NCBI GenBank assembly: GCA_951406725.2
Contig: OX597820.1
Coordinates: 91,388,001-91,452,000 of the forward strand
DNA length: 64,000 nucleotides
Direction: 5' to 3'
Source: Octopus vulgaris
Taxonomy: Eukaryota
Position 1 is the stretch's first letter; each line of letters opens with the position of its first letter. This document shows, piece by piece, positions 1 to 15,430 of this stretch. A program made the translations under genes and the position numbers. The notes beneath the pieces were generated by a model. It was given only the letters and a program-made list of their open reading frames with translations. It made no database searches and was not told the origin of the DNA.

Positions 1-3000
1 TGTATGCGTAAAGAAATGAATAATTTTTAGCCTTAATTGCAGTTATTATTGAAAATAGAAAATAAATAAGCATAGTAATATAAAGTAAGAGATTAATGTA
101 GACAAGCAATGAAAAATGAGTCGGTTTTGATCTTGTTACACTTCAGGGAATTAAGATCAAGCAAATAATTCCATAGTCACCGAATGACTTTTCGAAGTTA
201 CAATTACTTTGCACCATGCATGGATACTTTTTAACAAGAAAATGGTACAGCTATTGCAGCTTAATACAGTTAATGTAGGAAACAAAAATAATCTTTAATT
301 AATTTAATTTAAATCTATAAAGAGAAAGCAAATGATGCTGAGATTTAACGTGACCAGCATTTTAATGTAGATATGCAGTAGAGAGTGATATGTACAGCCA
401 ACGTGTTTCCGCTGTTTATGTATGATAAGACGTTTCTCGTTAAATGTCTTGAAAACATATTCAAAATATATTGAGTCTTGCAATACCTGACTGAATGCTT
501 GTGTTCATCTTCGATTTTTGGTATAATAAGTCTGTAAAGATAGTATATTCATAATTTATGTACCGCAAACTAAATTAAGTATTATCTTTGCTTAATTTTA
601 ATTGTCTACACACTCAGATAATCATATTTCTATAAACAGTAAATCGACTCCCTATTCATGTAGTCTCGAAATATAAAATGTAATGATGACGTCAATACAG
701 TTGAAGTTCATCTATAACATCGTTAGATAAATTTATGTAAACATACTTAATGTGGTTGTGCTGTTGAAATTTTCAGTTGTGAAAAGGTGGTATTACGGTT
801 CGTTTACGACTGTGGCATGACAGATTAAATGACAAATAATATATCTAAGGAGTAGATGAATGTGTTTCAGCACATGGTAGTCCCTAGCAAGGAATCAAAT
901 AAAAGTTTACTTTATTTCAACAAAATAGGACTTGGGGAATATTCGAAAGTGTCGGCTTGTAATTGGTGAGCTCATCAAAAGATAGTTAAAGTATGTTGTT
1001 TTGCAGGTGTTTTCATTACATTTACAGAAATCCAGATCATGCTTAATCTTTACCTTCACCCTTTACGCATCTTTATTATGCATTTGTATGAGTTTATGTG
1101 CATGCAGCATAAGATTTATTATATGAAGCCAAATGAAAATAATTCATAAAACTTTAAACCAGAAATGTATTAATGCTCACGCTTTATTTCCTTCATATGC
1201 CAACTCCTATTTTTGGTGTATATGTATAATGAACTTCAAGAGAAGCAAGTTTGCATAAAATATCTGATAATATCTTATACTCCAGTTCTGAATAACCTGA
1301 TGAATATTTTCCTATTTGGCTTCGTTGATAAACGTACCCAGTTTGGTTAACCCAATGCTCTTCATTGATTTTACTGAATTGAGTCAGATCAAGATTAGCG
1401 TTATATTTAACTGGATATAGCGAAATATATATATATTTATTTCCTAAATGTTTTTATCCTATTTTCCACTTATCAACGTGTATGATACGTTTTGCTGAGA
1501 AATGAATGCAGATTTCAATGCCATGTTGGTATTTTGATAAGTTAGTTATGCTACGAAATGTAATTATCTGGCCAAATGTATACACTTTTATTTCCCTGCA
1601 TATAGCTAGTCGTTTCTTTTCATTTTGAAAAATATGTAATTCAAAATAACATTTCTAAAGTTTATTAGTTCTTGATGTGGAAGACAATTAATCTATAATG
1701 AATACTAGGTAAATAATTTTATTTTCTTAAACATTTACTGTATTTTTGAAATGTTAAATTTGTTTAATACTTCTTTTCAATGTACCTTTTATTCTGATCG
1801 ATCTTGTAATAGGAATCACCAACAACCGATAATAAAGAAAATTTAATTTATTTCTGGGGCGGAGGCGGTAGTGTTGTTAGAAGTGTATCATTTTATTAAT
1901 TATTCGTTATATTGTATTTCTAGTTATCAACTTCAAGTAATCGACAACTGATCACGATTTCCTGAAATCAGACATTTTACTTTTAAGTTGAAATTTAACG
2001 CGCAGCTGATCTATAAACCTGAACTATCTGGCTGAAATTCAGTTTGAAGATAAATAAAGGAAAGAAATATTAAAAATTTTAAAGAAGTTATACGATATTT
2101 TATTTTTTATGCTTTTAAAATTTAGATTTCCATTTATTTTGCTCACAAAACTAAGATACTTTTTACTTCACTGCATCTCAGGATATTAAATGTACAACTA
2201 TATTAATTTAAATTAAGATAATTGACTCAGAAATAGTAAAAATTAACGGTTGAACTATTCCTTTATCTTTCCTTTTGAAGTGACGACACTTGTACCAATT
2301 CATTACAATTTCTTTTTATATTCTCAATATGGATAGTATGGCAAAATACCAACTTATTACAATTAGCAATGCAAAATGAATGTGCCTCTATAAAACAATT
2401 CCAGTCTGGCTTGCATCCCCACTGTGAACTTGTCTTTTTTCTTGATACTGTAATTATATGCACAAGAATTAGGAAACTTTATGTAGCGGTTGATCTGCGA
2501 GAGTTAGTAACCAAAATCCTGCAAATAATCTTTTCAAGTAAAGAATGGATAAAGCATACTGGAAATATAGTTGTACATGTCAAAAACAGCAGCTAAAATT
2601 GTAACACTTCTGATCATGATTTTACTAAATTTCGGTTTATTTAGGGCTGAACAACAGCACATTCTTATAAAATACTCTTCAAATGTTATGCTAAAATATT
2701 TGTATTGTTTTATATTGTTTATTTTATACTATTTGACATTTATTGGAACATACGGCCATTCTTCCTACATTATTAATCTTTATATGTCCTTTAGCGTTAA
2801 AACAACAATTTCATAGTTTAAAGGTGGACAGATATTCCCAACAATGTATTAATTGAAAGTCAGATATCTTGGGAATACAGTACATATATACATATAAGCA
2901 CGTTTTTAACTGAAATATTGAGATATCAAAGGGGTTCAGCTGGAGTCTGAGTGTATCACACCTATTGACCAATCGATTTCATACAGTGAGCACATAACTA

Positions 3001-6000
3001 TAATATTCGACTAATATTTATGATACACGATTCATTTATTAACACCTAAAATTGAGAAACTATTATAGTAATTTTTACAATGGATCTTTTATCGTAAATT
3101 TAATATTTATCAGTAATAAACGAATGATATTAAAACACCTTAATTTAATTTCAGAGCAATAAACACAGCTTTCAGTACTCATTAAAGTAACATTAGTATA
3201 AAAAAAGTTTTCACTTCAATTATGCAGATGAAAGGTTTGACACTTCTTTGTCTTTTAATGCAGAAAGTCTGTACATACATTCGATGGTATATAAAACATT
3301 ATTCTTAACCACGCTTTACTTGCACAATTCGTGTTCCGGTCTTTGCTCTTTGGTTACATAAAAACAAAAATTAAAAGCAATTTTATGATAATTGCTGCTT
3401 AAAATATTCTGTTCATTAGCACATTTTATTTTTGTGACAATATAAACGTCTGTCATGTTTGGGGATATTTTTATTATATTATTCTATATCATCATTGTTT
3501 GAAATGAATCTAATATCAAACAAATAAAACAACGCTATAAAATATTGTTAATTTGTAAAGTAACTCAAAATATAGGTTTTCAATTTTTACTGACACAGGA
3601 AATATAATCACACATCTTTTAATAGTCTTAAAAATTCTGTAGATACTGGCTATTGTTTCTATTAACTATCTCTATTATATTTAATTATTCATTTTTGTAC
3701 TATACATAATATATTGTGTCTTAATATCTGTTCTGTAATTCATTGATATTTATTGACTTTCAACGCAAAGAGAAGAATGAAAAAACGTCAGTTTTCATAC
3801 ATATACGAACGCACACACTTGGACACATCCAAACTCCTGTCTCTGGAATTTACGTCTTTCTTATCAACTGGGCGATTCGATGATGGTTAATCAAATCTCG
3901 GTTTGTCCCTAAGTCAGATTCTGTTGACCTTACACTTTAACTCGTTTTAGCGAGAGCATCTATATACCTTTTTTTGCAGAGCACTTACTTCTTGATGACT
4001 TCTTTATTACTCACTCACGCAACCCATCGTTATTGAATTATAGACGACTTCATATCACCATATACTTCGCTTTTCTGACCACCTATGGCATAATAATAGC
4101 GAATTAATGCGTCAAACAACGTCAGTTTACATCATAATCTGTCTTGAAATATTGAGTGCAAAACAATTGCAAAGTGGGTTTGAACACAAAAAGCCTCGAA
4201 TTATTTTCATTTACTGATTTCCTTTTTTAAAGATTAGGTATTTCTAAAACAGATATAAAATAAGGTAATATAATGCAGTATAATATAGTATAATGTGCGC
4301 ATATTTATGTTGGTATGTATAGAAATGAGTGCGTCTATATTAATGGTCTGGCACAAGAACACTTAACGGAAGAAGCAACTATCGTATACGTGTACGTGTT
4401 GGACGTTTTGAAATAATCATTTAATATTTTATTGTATCATATGAAGATAATCATAAGCTAAATAAAAGCAATTTTAAAATGTTCTGAATTCATTTGAACG
4501 TAATAGAAGAATATTCGGTAGATGAGTATTATCTAAGACTTCATGGCGACGTATTGCCTCTTCGTCTGGAGATTTTGCTTTACTATATTTATTTTAGCTT
4601 TACTTTTACAGAAAGAATACTTCGATTTCAAATTAACCAATTAACTTATTTGCATTTAATTTTTCCCCGTATAGAGGCAATCTGTTGTACTTCGACGATA
4701 TTTCATTGAAAAAATAAGCATTGTTGATTCAATGAGTCTGTAATGCCAGTATGGGATGGAAACGAAGCTAATCCTGATATTTGTCTATTATTTTATTGTT
4801 TCCAATTTCATGTTATGTTTTTCCCGTTTCAAATGATATCCAAAATGGTCGATCTTAAAAAGGAAGGACTGCATTACTAAACGGAAATCATGCTAACAAC
4901 GTACAGCAATATTAAAAACAAAGCTATTTTAAATAGTCCTTGGAGACAAGGTAATGATACAAGTAAATAGAACCGAAAACAAGATATGGCATTTTTGAAA
5001 GCCCTCATGTTCATCGAATAAATTTTCCTTTATTAGTAAAACAACCAATATGAGATTTTTTGAGTAGATCACTGTGAATCGTTCATGATATCGATTATTT
5101 CAAAGCAAGATAGGTTTGTCATGTATTTTACAAAATAAAAAAAAAAAGATTTTTCAACCTAGGCCTCTGGCAAGTATATTGTCCTACAGAATGGGAAAGA
5201 AAATTTATAACACGTTATGCCATCTTAGTGCATTTGATATATCTCGTTCTAACACTTAGTAAACATTTTGACTACACTTCAAAGCCCTTTCGTTCGTAGC
5301 ACTTTTAAACTTATTTATGCTAGCAACACTCACGATTTTACTACATATAAATACACAGCTAATGTATTTACTCTCTCTTCACCGTTTCATTACTTTTCAA
5401 ATACATCTTCCTCTACACCTGCACATCTTCTATTGCTGAATACTGCCAAAACCTCTTACAACCTGGTTATATCTTCTTTCGACAGCTAGAATAAATAAAT
5501 ATCTTCAAAACAATAGAGTAATCATTATATTTCATATCAATATCAACGGTATAGAACATTACACTCTTTACATAATTTAGATCACGGAGTTTCTATTCCA
5601 TTTGATGTAAACGCCGAACTTTCAATAAAAATAATTTTAAAATTCAATGCTAGAAATTTAATGTGACACTTTATACGTTTTTAAAAATCAAATCAGAAAA
5701 TATATGCTTTGTAGGTTACTGATCGTATATATATTTTGTTGACATCGACTCGTAGATAACAAGAAAGATAACACTTATCAATATACTATAACCTGTATTT
5801 GCAGAAATCTGTACTGTCAATAACTTAAATATTTTCCGTGTATTGTTCTTAACATTATCCTGCGTCAGTACATTCTTGTATTGTTCATTCTTGAATTGTA
5901 CAAGACATTATTTTTCAGTCCTGTATAAAGTACTCTTGGAAAATATTGAAGTTGTATATTCGAACATCACACTGCGTAAATAATAAGGGGGAAATTGAAA

Positions 6001-7100
6001 ATTAGACTTCTCAAGAAAATATGAAGCAAAATAAAGCAAAGTGAACTCTGATTTCATACTCAGAACAATATATATGTTATAGATTGTGGAAAGGATTATG
6101 AAATCTATAAAGAATTAAGTACATGAAACCATAAATATCATAAATGTCATACGTAGTTTTCTTTATACGTGCCTATATTAATTTACGCGCACATACACGA
6201 TACACATGTAGGTCTACACACACACACACATACGCACACACGCATGCATACATTCATGCCTAGATATATTCATAGATATGAGTATGTGCACGCCTTTCGT
6301 ATGTGTTTGTGTGCGTGTGTGTGTATGTTATGATCTTAAAATAACATACTAAATGATACTTCGAGTTGGATGCCCCCCATTCAGGTTTCTAATTCTTGAG
6401 AAAACAAGCTGTTCATTGGAATCTTACTCTAATCAACGTCTGTTACACACACGCGTACAGACTCATGGAAACAAATCCACACGATTATATACATGCATAG
6501 ATACAAATAGTTACTTAAATATTTGCTGGAGTTGGAGGAAATGAATGAATCTTCAATGTAAGAACATAAAAACAAACGAGGATATTTTAATACTTTTGTA
6601 ATCTATAAGTTTGTAAAGCATTGCACCAATAATTCGAGGACCGGCCGTCATAGTTACAGATCTAAAATTGATGTCTCTTATTGATTAAGTAGTTAAATTG
6701 CCTAATGTAATGCTGAGCACGTAATATGTATATATAGCTGAGAGATACTTACAATTACTGTTTTTATATTAAGACAAGTTGTTATACAAGTGACATAGTG
6801 TAAGAAGAAATATGCTCCGAGTAAACGAGTATTGATTACGGTCACCGAATGCAAATTAGAAAACTAAATTTAATACCTATTTCAATTAAATGTCTGTTGT
6901 TTGTGCTAATATGGCAAAACAGACTGAGGAACTAAAGTATTTCCAATTGCTTCGTATAATGATATATGTCAATAAATATGCCTCGATCATTTTTCCCTAT
7001 TATAATCCAAATTTGTTACTTTATGGAAAAGACAGTCTTATAGGAGTTGATATGTCTCTCAGAATAAAACATGTTTTCATATGTAAACTTACAAAGTTCA

Positions 7101-7294
7101 TTATTTACATTTTGGCGAATATTTGTCTTCATCTTGTTTGTTATTAACACAGCGTTTCGGCTGAGTTACCCCCCCAGCCTTCATCAGGTGCCTTGGAGAA
7201 ATTTCGAGCCTGATGAAGGCTGGAGGATATATTAGCCGAAACTGTGTGTTAACAACAAACAAGATGAAGACAAATATCCGTCAAATGTAAATAA
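7101..7294. mobile_element. Fold-back element (about 88-bp inverted arms, 20-nt spacer); each arm carries a hammerhead-like core; probably a Penelope pLTR-derived non-autonomous element
   Basis: 7101-7188 is the imperfect reverse complement of 7209-7294. Right arm: CTGATGA(7210)-aggctgg...ttagcc-GAAA(7238). Left arm on the - strand: gcac-CTGATGA-aggctgg..tcagcc-GAAA-cgct-gtgt. Confidence 0.75.
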
Positions 7295-8114
7295 GTTAAA
7301 TAATGTACATAACTCCTCATCTATTAAATATAGAACTGTATTTACAAAGTTGTTCAGATGTTTCTTACATTATGCTTGTATGCTTTGTAAATAGTTCTAG
7401 GGATGTCTACAGACATATATATTTACAATCGACTGTCTGGTGCTTTAATTCATTTTTTGCTGTTACATATATCCATAGAAATTTTATAAACATTAGTTAT
7501 GTCTACATGACCCACTTTTCCGAAACGGTAATAAATACCATACTCCAAATCTACTTTTATTGAGAAAAAAAAATATAATGCTTTACTTTGCAAAATCAAC
7601 CAGCAAAATTGCATTAATAACAGCATCAACCACGATAATAAAATGAGTAAGTAAAATACACTGCCGTTATTATGCAATATAGCAATATAATAACGAAACT
7701 TACGAACAAATAAGCAAAGTGTAAAAGGTGCAAGTGACTTAAAACACAGCCTAGAGCAACACAGGCGTAAACTTTCATAGTGTAAATTACTATTGACATT
7801 TAAGATCGATGTACAACGGAAGAATGATTACAGTTCGCCTACCTTTCGAAAGATGCATCATGTAGTAAACGTACTGAACAGGTTAAATGAAGATGGATGC
7901 AACATGTGTGTACATCTTTGTAAATCTGAGTGTAAATCTGTGCCTTGGTACACAAATGTAGCTAGATCGGCCTACCTGAGCAGGAGAGAAATCATTAATA
8001 TTATCGAAAGAATACCATATATATAGGTGCAAGTCTGCAGTATTGAAGCTTACTTAGCACATGAAAAGGTGGGCTCCTTCGCCGACAGTAGATATATTGT
8101 CCAACCGTGTGAGG

Positions 8115-8255
8115 ATGCATGGCAAAAAAATCGTGGTTTAAATTCCTAGACCGAATGGTTCGTTGTGTTCTTGAGCAAAACCTTTCATCTCACGTTACTC
8201 TGCGATCTCTTCGATACCTGACGTACCTGTTCACTAAACGTCTATTTGACGGGTA
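8115..8255 (+). mobile_element. Degenerate CORE-type tRNA-derived SINE fragment
   Basis: B-box-like ggtttaaattcc followed by cgttgtgttcttgagcaaaacctttcatctcacgtt, similar to the CORE-like segment of the 50.9 kb SINE. Confidence 0.45.
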
Positions 8256-9281
8256 AGGTCATTATATCCAATTGTACCAAAAGCAAATAGTTAAGTATCA
8301 ACGCATCCCCCGTCTTATATGTGTGTTTATGTGTGTGTGTGTGTGATTGCAGGTACGCGAATATATTTTTGAATTATGAAAAATATTTATCATATTCCCC
8401 AATACTGATTATTTTATGTTATGGGAAAATACTATTGAGAAGCGAAATAATTTTGTTTCTTCTAAGACAATCAGCCGTGTGCCATTAAATGTTTTCATGA
8501 AGGAGCATAAACGTCATATTGGTAGCCTATCTTATAGTTTTCAGCACTCGCTGCTTCAAAACTTCAACAACGTTTAATATCTTTGTTATTAATTTCAATG
8601 CCAAATTTTATGCGGGAGATGTCAGTCAGATTAGTCAATGCCAGCATATACCTGAGCTAATAAATAATCTTAAACCGGTATATGAAAGATAAATCTGAAT
8701 TCAGATCATATTTCGAAGAAACTGGTTACTTTAACGCATTTAAACATGTGCGCCATTATTTTAGTCTAATCGCCAACCTATCCTAAAACAACATTAATTC
8801 CCTTGCATTACACTGATAATACTATACAGATATTTAACAAGAATGATGACAAGGGAGTCTCGATTTAGTCCGAATAGAATTTAGGTGATAAGACAATTGA
8901 AATTTGGGTGATAAACAGTAAAAGAACTGTGTTGGCAGTTATTTATTACAATATTTTCTGCCGTAAATATTTATCAAGTCTTCCGCACATTTAATTTCTT
9001 CAAAAGTTTAAATTCATCAAGAATTCTACGTTAACAACTTGCCTTGGTTTGATTAAATTTACTTCAGGGTATTATCATGTATATTACATAAAATATATTT
9101 ATCCCAGAGGAAAATTAAAATTTGGCGAATATGCATAGCAAAGAGTTTACTCTCTTATCTACGTAAAATTTGTAATAATCTTAAGTTCCTGTTTAATTTT
9201 CTCATGGGTGTTTGAGAGTTCAGGGTTAAGGAATGCTATTCGATTTTAAGTATAACAGTGTTATTCATGCCTTGGGACTTT

Positions 9282-9283
<2 letters not shown>

Positions 9284-9340
<57 letters not shown>

Positions 9341-9343
9341 TAT
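9284..9343. repeat. (TA)n microsatellite
   Basis: Direct reading of the sequence. Confidence 0.95.
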
Positions 9344-9606
9344 GGCTTGCGTTTTATTGCACAAACAGATTATAGATAAGTGTATTGGGCTCAAGGCTAC
9401 GAACTATCAGATTTCCGAATGTTGCTGTGACGTTTTTAACATGGTCATTCATTGACAAACGTAAATAGAAGGAAAACGTTAAAAGTAATCATACTGAGAT
9501 TTTTTTCTGAGACAATATAATGACTTAGTTTTGAATTAGTAAAGAAGAATTCTAAAAATTTGCGTCAGGTATTTAGTGAACATCCCCTGTTTTTATTCAG
9601 CAGCAT

Positions 9607-9609
<3 letters not shown>

Positions 9610-9690
<81 letters not shown>
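9610..9690. repeat. Compound (CA)n(CT)n(CA)n microsatellite
   Basis: Direct reading of the sequence. Confidence 0.95.
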
Positions 9691-10103
9691 AATTCACAGA
9701 TACACACTCATATACAGTGAGGCATGGAGAGGGAAAAGAAGAGGTAGCTATTAGAAAACATCTAAAAGTTCCTATATTGAATAACAAAACTTTTAATTTC
9801 CGTTACAGTTTTTCCTACGTTTCATACATTTGCTGTGTTGGTAATAGTGACTCATTCACTTTGTGCATTTTCCCGCGTGTCCATTAACGTTATGCATTAG
9901 AAAGTAATGGTAGAAAATTCCAGTAGATCTGTAACCTACAGGATCTGTTTGTAAGCTTGAAAGAAAATGACGTCTGAAAGAAAATTGTCGCAAAATTCTC
10001 AGGCATTTTATTTCATAACTAAGAGATTTTCGCAAAGCTTCCCAAAGATTTGTGTCAAACTTAAGATTACAATAATTCTTAAAGTTTCGGAACATATAAT
10101 AAT

Positions 10104-10136
<33 letters not shown>

Positions 10137-10475
10137 GGTAAACACTCCTAGCCCTCAGTAACAGCCGTCAGATTTTTAACGTCTGCATCCCTCTAATTCT
10201 TTGAGTCTATGTAATTTGAGTAAGCTTGCTCTCTTTCTCTCTCGGTAGGTATGTATATATATACACATATATATGTATATTTACATAGTTATACCTGACT
10301 GTGTATTATCTGGAAATTTTGAGCTTGCCTTCTCTTTTTACATCTATAGCCCTCTATACATATAATTTTTTTGTGCGTTAAAGCCTAAGGCTTTATCCGT
10401 TTATTTGCATCATTTCTACCATATCTGCTCATTTAGATTCCCGTTTTAGCCACTCTTTTCTCTGCTGACTTTCCC

Positions 10476-10521
<46 letters not shown>

Positions 10522-10977
10522 CACACACATGTACTCACACACACGCACGCACACATATACATTTATATATCTATATACAATAATAACTGTATAATAATAT
10601 ATCATAATATATACATATAGTCCGATTAAAGTGACATTATCTAAACAATTGACTGAAAATGATGAGCTTACCCAAGCTTGAACTTACATACCAACGCTAA
10701 AACGGCTTCATACGCATCCAATTGAGCCATGTTATTATTATATAAAAAAGACCTTCGTAGTCGGTCTTTCTCGGTAACAAATATTATATGTAGTACGAGA
10801 CAGTTAAGCATTTATACATAAAATTTGACTAAAATTTATGGGTATGCATCTTTCTCAATCGGATAGTGCGTTGAAACAAATGTTGTTGTGTCTAGTGGGT
10901 ATCATTATGCCAACACATACGTGAACACACACATAAACATACACGCACACACACACACATATATATATACATACATT

Positions 10978-11066
<89 letters not shown>

Positions 11067-11084
11067 TACATTGAGTTAATCTTA

Positions 11085-11487
11085 TCTTTCTACCATAGCG
11101 TCGGACCAGGCAAGACCTTGTGAGATGATTTGGTGGACGGTAAAAGAAAAAAGTCCATCGGATATATGTTATATGCATTATATTATGAAAATTCTGTTCT
11201 CCTATATCGAATGGCTGAAAACGTTTATAAAGACTACTGTAACTTCATAGGTATTTACACTAATACTAACAGAAATTAATGAATTCCAAGTATATTAATC
11301 GACATGGAGCTAAACCTATGTACGCTTGTATAAAATAAATGGCATGAAGGAGTTATCTCTTTCCGTTCGAAACTTCGTGAGAGCGATATAATAAGTACTA
11401 GGCTTCTAAAAATATTCATTTTACTAGTCTCTTCAAGGCGTTGCCCCAGCATGCCCACTGTCTAATGGCTGGATAAGTAAAAGATAA
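11085..11487 (+). mobile_element. Old degenerate copy of SINE family B (middle and 3' parts)
   Basis: ccttgtgagatgatttggtggacgg and aataagtactaggctt...ccagcatgcccactgtctaatggctggataagtaaaaga match the reverse complement of the 15.2-15.6 kb copy. Confidence 0.6.
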
Positions 11488-11509
11488 TATATCTATGTAT
11501 CTATCTATG

Positions 11510-11587
<78 letters not shown>

Positions 11588-11594
11588 AAGAGTA

Positions 11595-11641
<47 letters not shown>

Positions 11642-11645
11642 CATA
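11488..11645. repeat. (ATCT)n plus (TA)n microsatellite
   Basis: Direct reading of the sequence. Confidence 0.95.
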
Positions 11646-11740
11646 CCCATATATATCTTGCATCTGTTTTCTTTCCTCCACCTCACTCGCCAGTTTGCAT
11701 CACATCTAAACTAACTATGACTTAACCATCCTCTCACATC

Positions 11741-11792
11741 GTCTTCGATGAAGGGATATAATTAATAAATATCCTAGAAACATCTGTAAGAC
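11741..11792 (+). ncRNA. Degenerate type I hammerhead ribozyme motif
   Basis: gtct-TCGATGA-agggatat..atatccta-GAAA-catctg-TA-agac. Stem I gtct/agac and stem II are present; the core CTGA is mutated to TCGA. Same family as 48038-48085. Confidence 0.55.
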
Positions 11793-13130
11793 CTTCTATC
11801 TATAAATGCTCTAATATCTACACGCCCTTGGTTTTTTTTTATCTTATTACGCAAAAAATTCTTATATATATATATGTGTGTGTGTGCATTGTATGTATGT
11901 ATAATATACATTCATATACATATGTGTGTCTGTTTGTGTTCGTGTGTATGTGTTTGTGCGTGTGTGTGTGTGTTGCATTAGCATGTTTGTGCATTTTAAA
12001 ATCATGGGTATAATGCAGAAATGTAGTTCAATGTAAAATATAAAGCCAGAATCTCCCCTTATAGATTAATTTGTTATTGCGTTCTTTTTACTGGGTGAAT
12101 GTACGTTGGGATAGTGCTCAGCCTAAAATCCTTTTCACATCTGAACGGTATGAACTGAGTCCACAGAATCTACAGTACATTCTGATTATATACGCCACAA
12201 GTTATATAGTGATTTTACAGTTTTCTGCGTGTAGTAACTCTTAATGTTATGCATGTACATACACATACATATATACATACGCCCACACATACGTATACAT
12301 CTATACACATTTATAAATGTGTGCGTGCACCTAAGTACTTATGTATTATCATATGAAATAATGGTTGTAAATAAGTGCGGCGAAGAAATCCATTTCGCAT
12401 CTGCATTTGAATATTATTTGGTGATGAAGACGTGTAAGCAGTTTGAAATAACCTAGCTGAACGGCCAAGTTGCCTCAGTAAACCTTGCGTATTATTGATG
12501 TTATGCTGCCTATTCTGTTCTTGTGTAATAGCATCTTACTTATACACGTGATAGATAACAATTTGATACTGCTTGTATGTTAGACATTGAATTACTCTCT
12601 TCAGAAGACAAAACATCAAAGCTTCGCTAATTCGAAAATATAACATTGAACACATCATCTGTATACTACTTGTTGAAGACTTACTAATAGTTCATATATT
12701 ACCGAATTGTGTCTGTTATCTTTAAGTAAAAACGAAAGTAACTGCCTTTCATCTTCATGGCATATTTAACAAAAGTAAATAAACAAATAAATAAATAAGA
12801 AATAAAATCGATAATTCGAGCAGTTTATTTATATGTTTTTGAAAAAAACTTTCATTCGTGACAATACTATTTTGAATTAAAGAGTTTATGTATTAAAAAC
12901 TTGAAAAAATATATCGTCTAAAGACCTTTTTGTTTTTGTTTTCACTTTCTCTCATTTATTAGACAATATACAAGTACATGCACATACATACATACATGCA
13001 TGCATACATACATGCATACATGCATACATACATACACAGATGATCTCAAGCATACACAATCGCATACATATGAATACACCTGAATCAAAATATTTTTTCA
13101 ATATATGTGTGAATAGTTATGTACAAGATC

Positions 13131-13211
<81 letters not shown>

Positions 13212-13291
13212 TAATGATGTTTTGTATATAAGTGCAATCAATCTGTTATATAATGCACATATGAACATTTTTATCCTTTGATCACTTTATT

Positions 13292-13415
13292 TATATTTAC
13301 GTGTATATATGTATACGTATATGTGTGTGTGAATATACAACATACAACACATATATTTACGTGTATATATGTATACGTATATGTGTGTGTGAGTATACAC
13401 ACATACAACACATAT
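13292..13415. repeat. About 60-bp tandem duplication (2 copies) of low-complexity sequence
   Basis: tatatttacgtgtatatatgtatacgtatatgtgtgtgtga recurs exactly 60 bp apart. Confidence 0.85.
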
Positions 13416-14036
13416 ATGCTCTCACACGCACATATGTATATACACATATGCAGACACATTATATATGTCTATGCGTGTATACTAGATTCATATAAATGGC
13501 ATCCCTCCATTTAAAGACGTTATATTGAGGATTAAACAATATTTCAGTTTATAATCGTTTTCCAAACTATCTTTTTTTTATTTCATCTTTTAAAATGATG
13601 TAAGTTTCAAACCAACAATTATAATAGCAAATAGTAAATGTATTCATAACCAAAATATATTTTTTTTAAACCCTTTAATTTAGAATATTTTATAACATAT
13701 CTTTCAAAAGTGAAAGCAAAAAAACATTTTCGTTAAAGATCGACAAGAATAAAATAATCTGACTTTGATGCTTGGCCTGGTATCTGAAATTTCTCGGAAT
13801 GGAATCGCATCTACGAAATATAGAATCGATAACTTTGTTGATTATATTATCTCGATTCTATTCTTATATATCTGCTATAAAATCATACAAGTAATTCATT
13901 TTCATGGAATTCTTTTGTCAAGATATCTGGTAGATCAGTTTCCATAAGTTTCCGCCCTCTATCTCAGATGAATGATTTTGCCAGTGTCACTTTTAATTGT
14001 CAAATTCATGCACACTTAATGCAGTTATTATCCCCA

Positions 14037-14088
<52 letters not shown>

Positions 14089-15173
14089 GCATTACAGTTG
14101 AACAAATTTAACTTTGCTCATCACCGCAAAAGATTTTTGACCAAGCATATAACATTCAATCCTTGTGTTCCAGAGGTAGCTAGATACTCCTGTAAGCCAA
14201 GCCTATTTTTCAAAATTTTTCATAGGAGTGCCAATAATGTTCTGTGGCTATTTTTACGGAATATCGTTCAAAATATCAAGGGTGTTCATTTATCTGTCAA
14301 CTAGAAAATGGGGAATGTATTGGTCGGTTGATTAGGAATGCTTAAAATACCCACAAGTTTCTTTGATGATATGGAAAACATAGTTACTTCACAGGAAAAA
14401 GGTTCATTTATTGCTGAACAGTCTATTTCGGCTAAAAGAATCGGACATTTCTCGATCACATTTCTGTTGCTAAGGCTTTTTGTTATTTTGTCAACTAATC
14501 ACAACATATCATATGTTGTTACAATAAAATAGTTATTAACTAGTTGTCATAATTAGAGTACTATATCGAATGATAAGTTTGAACTACATTTTCCAAAGGG
14601 GCGTTCATTGTTGTATTTAAATTAATAGTTATTATTCGATAAAGTTTTCACGCTTATACTTACATCATATAAAAGGGTACCGAATGCTTTAGTATCCCTA
14701 TGCCTTTTGCCTTATTCTTGAATAAATAAATAAATAAACGGAAATAAGTGACTTTTAATCATTAGTGAACTAATGTCTAGTATGTGATTATGCAATTTAA
14801 GCTTTAGTTACATTGATTTAACGGCTAGACCATTTCTAATAATAGGCCAAGTAACTAAATTCCTTAATTATCTTCTTTCTGTTGTCACGTTAATCAAATC
14901 TTCCGTGGATGAACACTTGCTACCATGAAACTACAATCACACTATGTTATCACACTGGTGGATAACATCATATCTATGCGGCTAATGAAAATGCCAGATG
15001 CGTATTTCTGCATCCTTCTGCTACAGAAATAGTTTTTGTTTTTAAATACATGTTCAGGGAAATACTTCCTCCGGACACTTGCTACAGGAAGTTTGCTTTG
15101 TCGTGATTAATCTACATTAAGAATAATACATAGATCCCTTTTTAATCTAATATGTTTCTTGTTGCATATACTA

Positions 15174-15384
15174 TTTTACTCTTTTACTTGTTTCAGTGAC
15201 GTGACTGTGACCATGCCTTTAGTCGAGCAAATCGACCCCAGGACTTATTCTTTATAAGCCTAGTACTTATTCTATCGGTTTCTTTTACCGAGCCGCTAAG
15301 TTACGGGGACGTAAACACACCAGCATCGGTTGTCAAGCGATGTTGGGGGGGACAAACACAGACACACAAACATATACACACACG

Positions 15385-15430
<46 letters not shown>

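Noticed and set aside
2263-2816. Overlapping 66-81 aa ORFs in unique sequence
   Set aside because: No recognisable domain or exon boundaries; compatible with chance.
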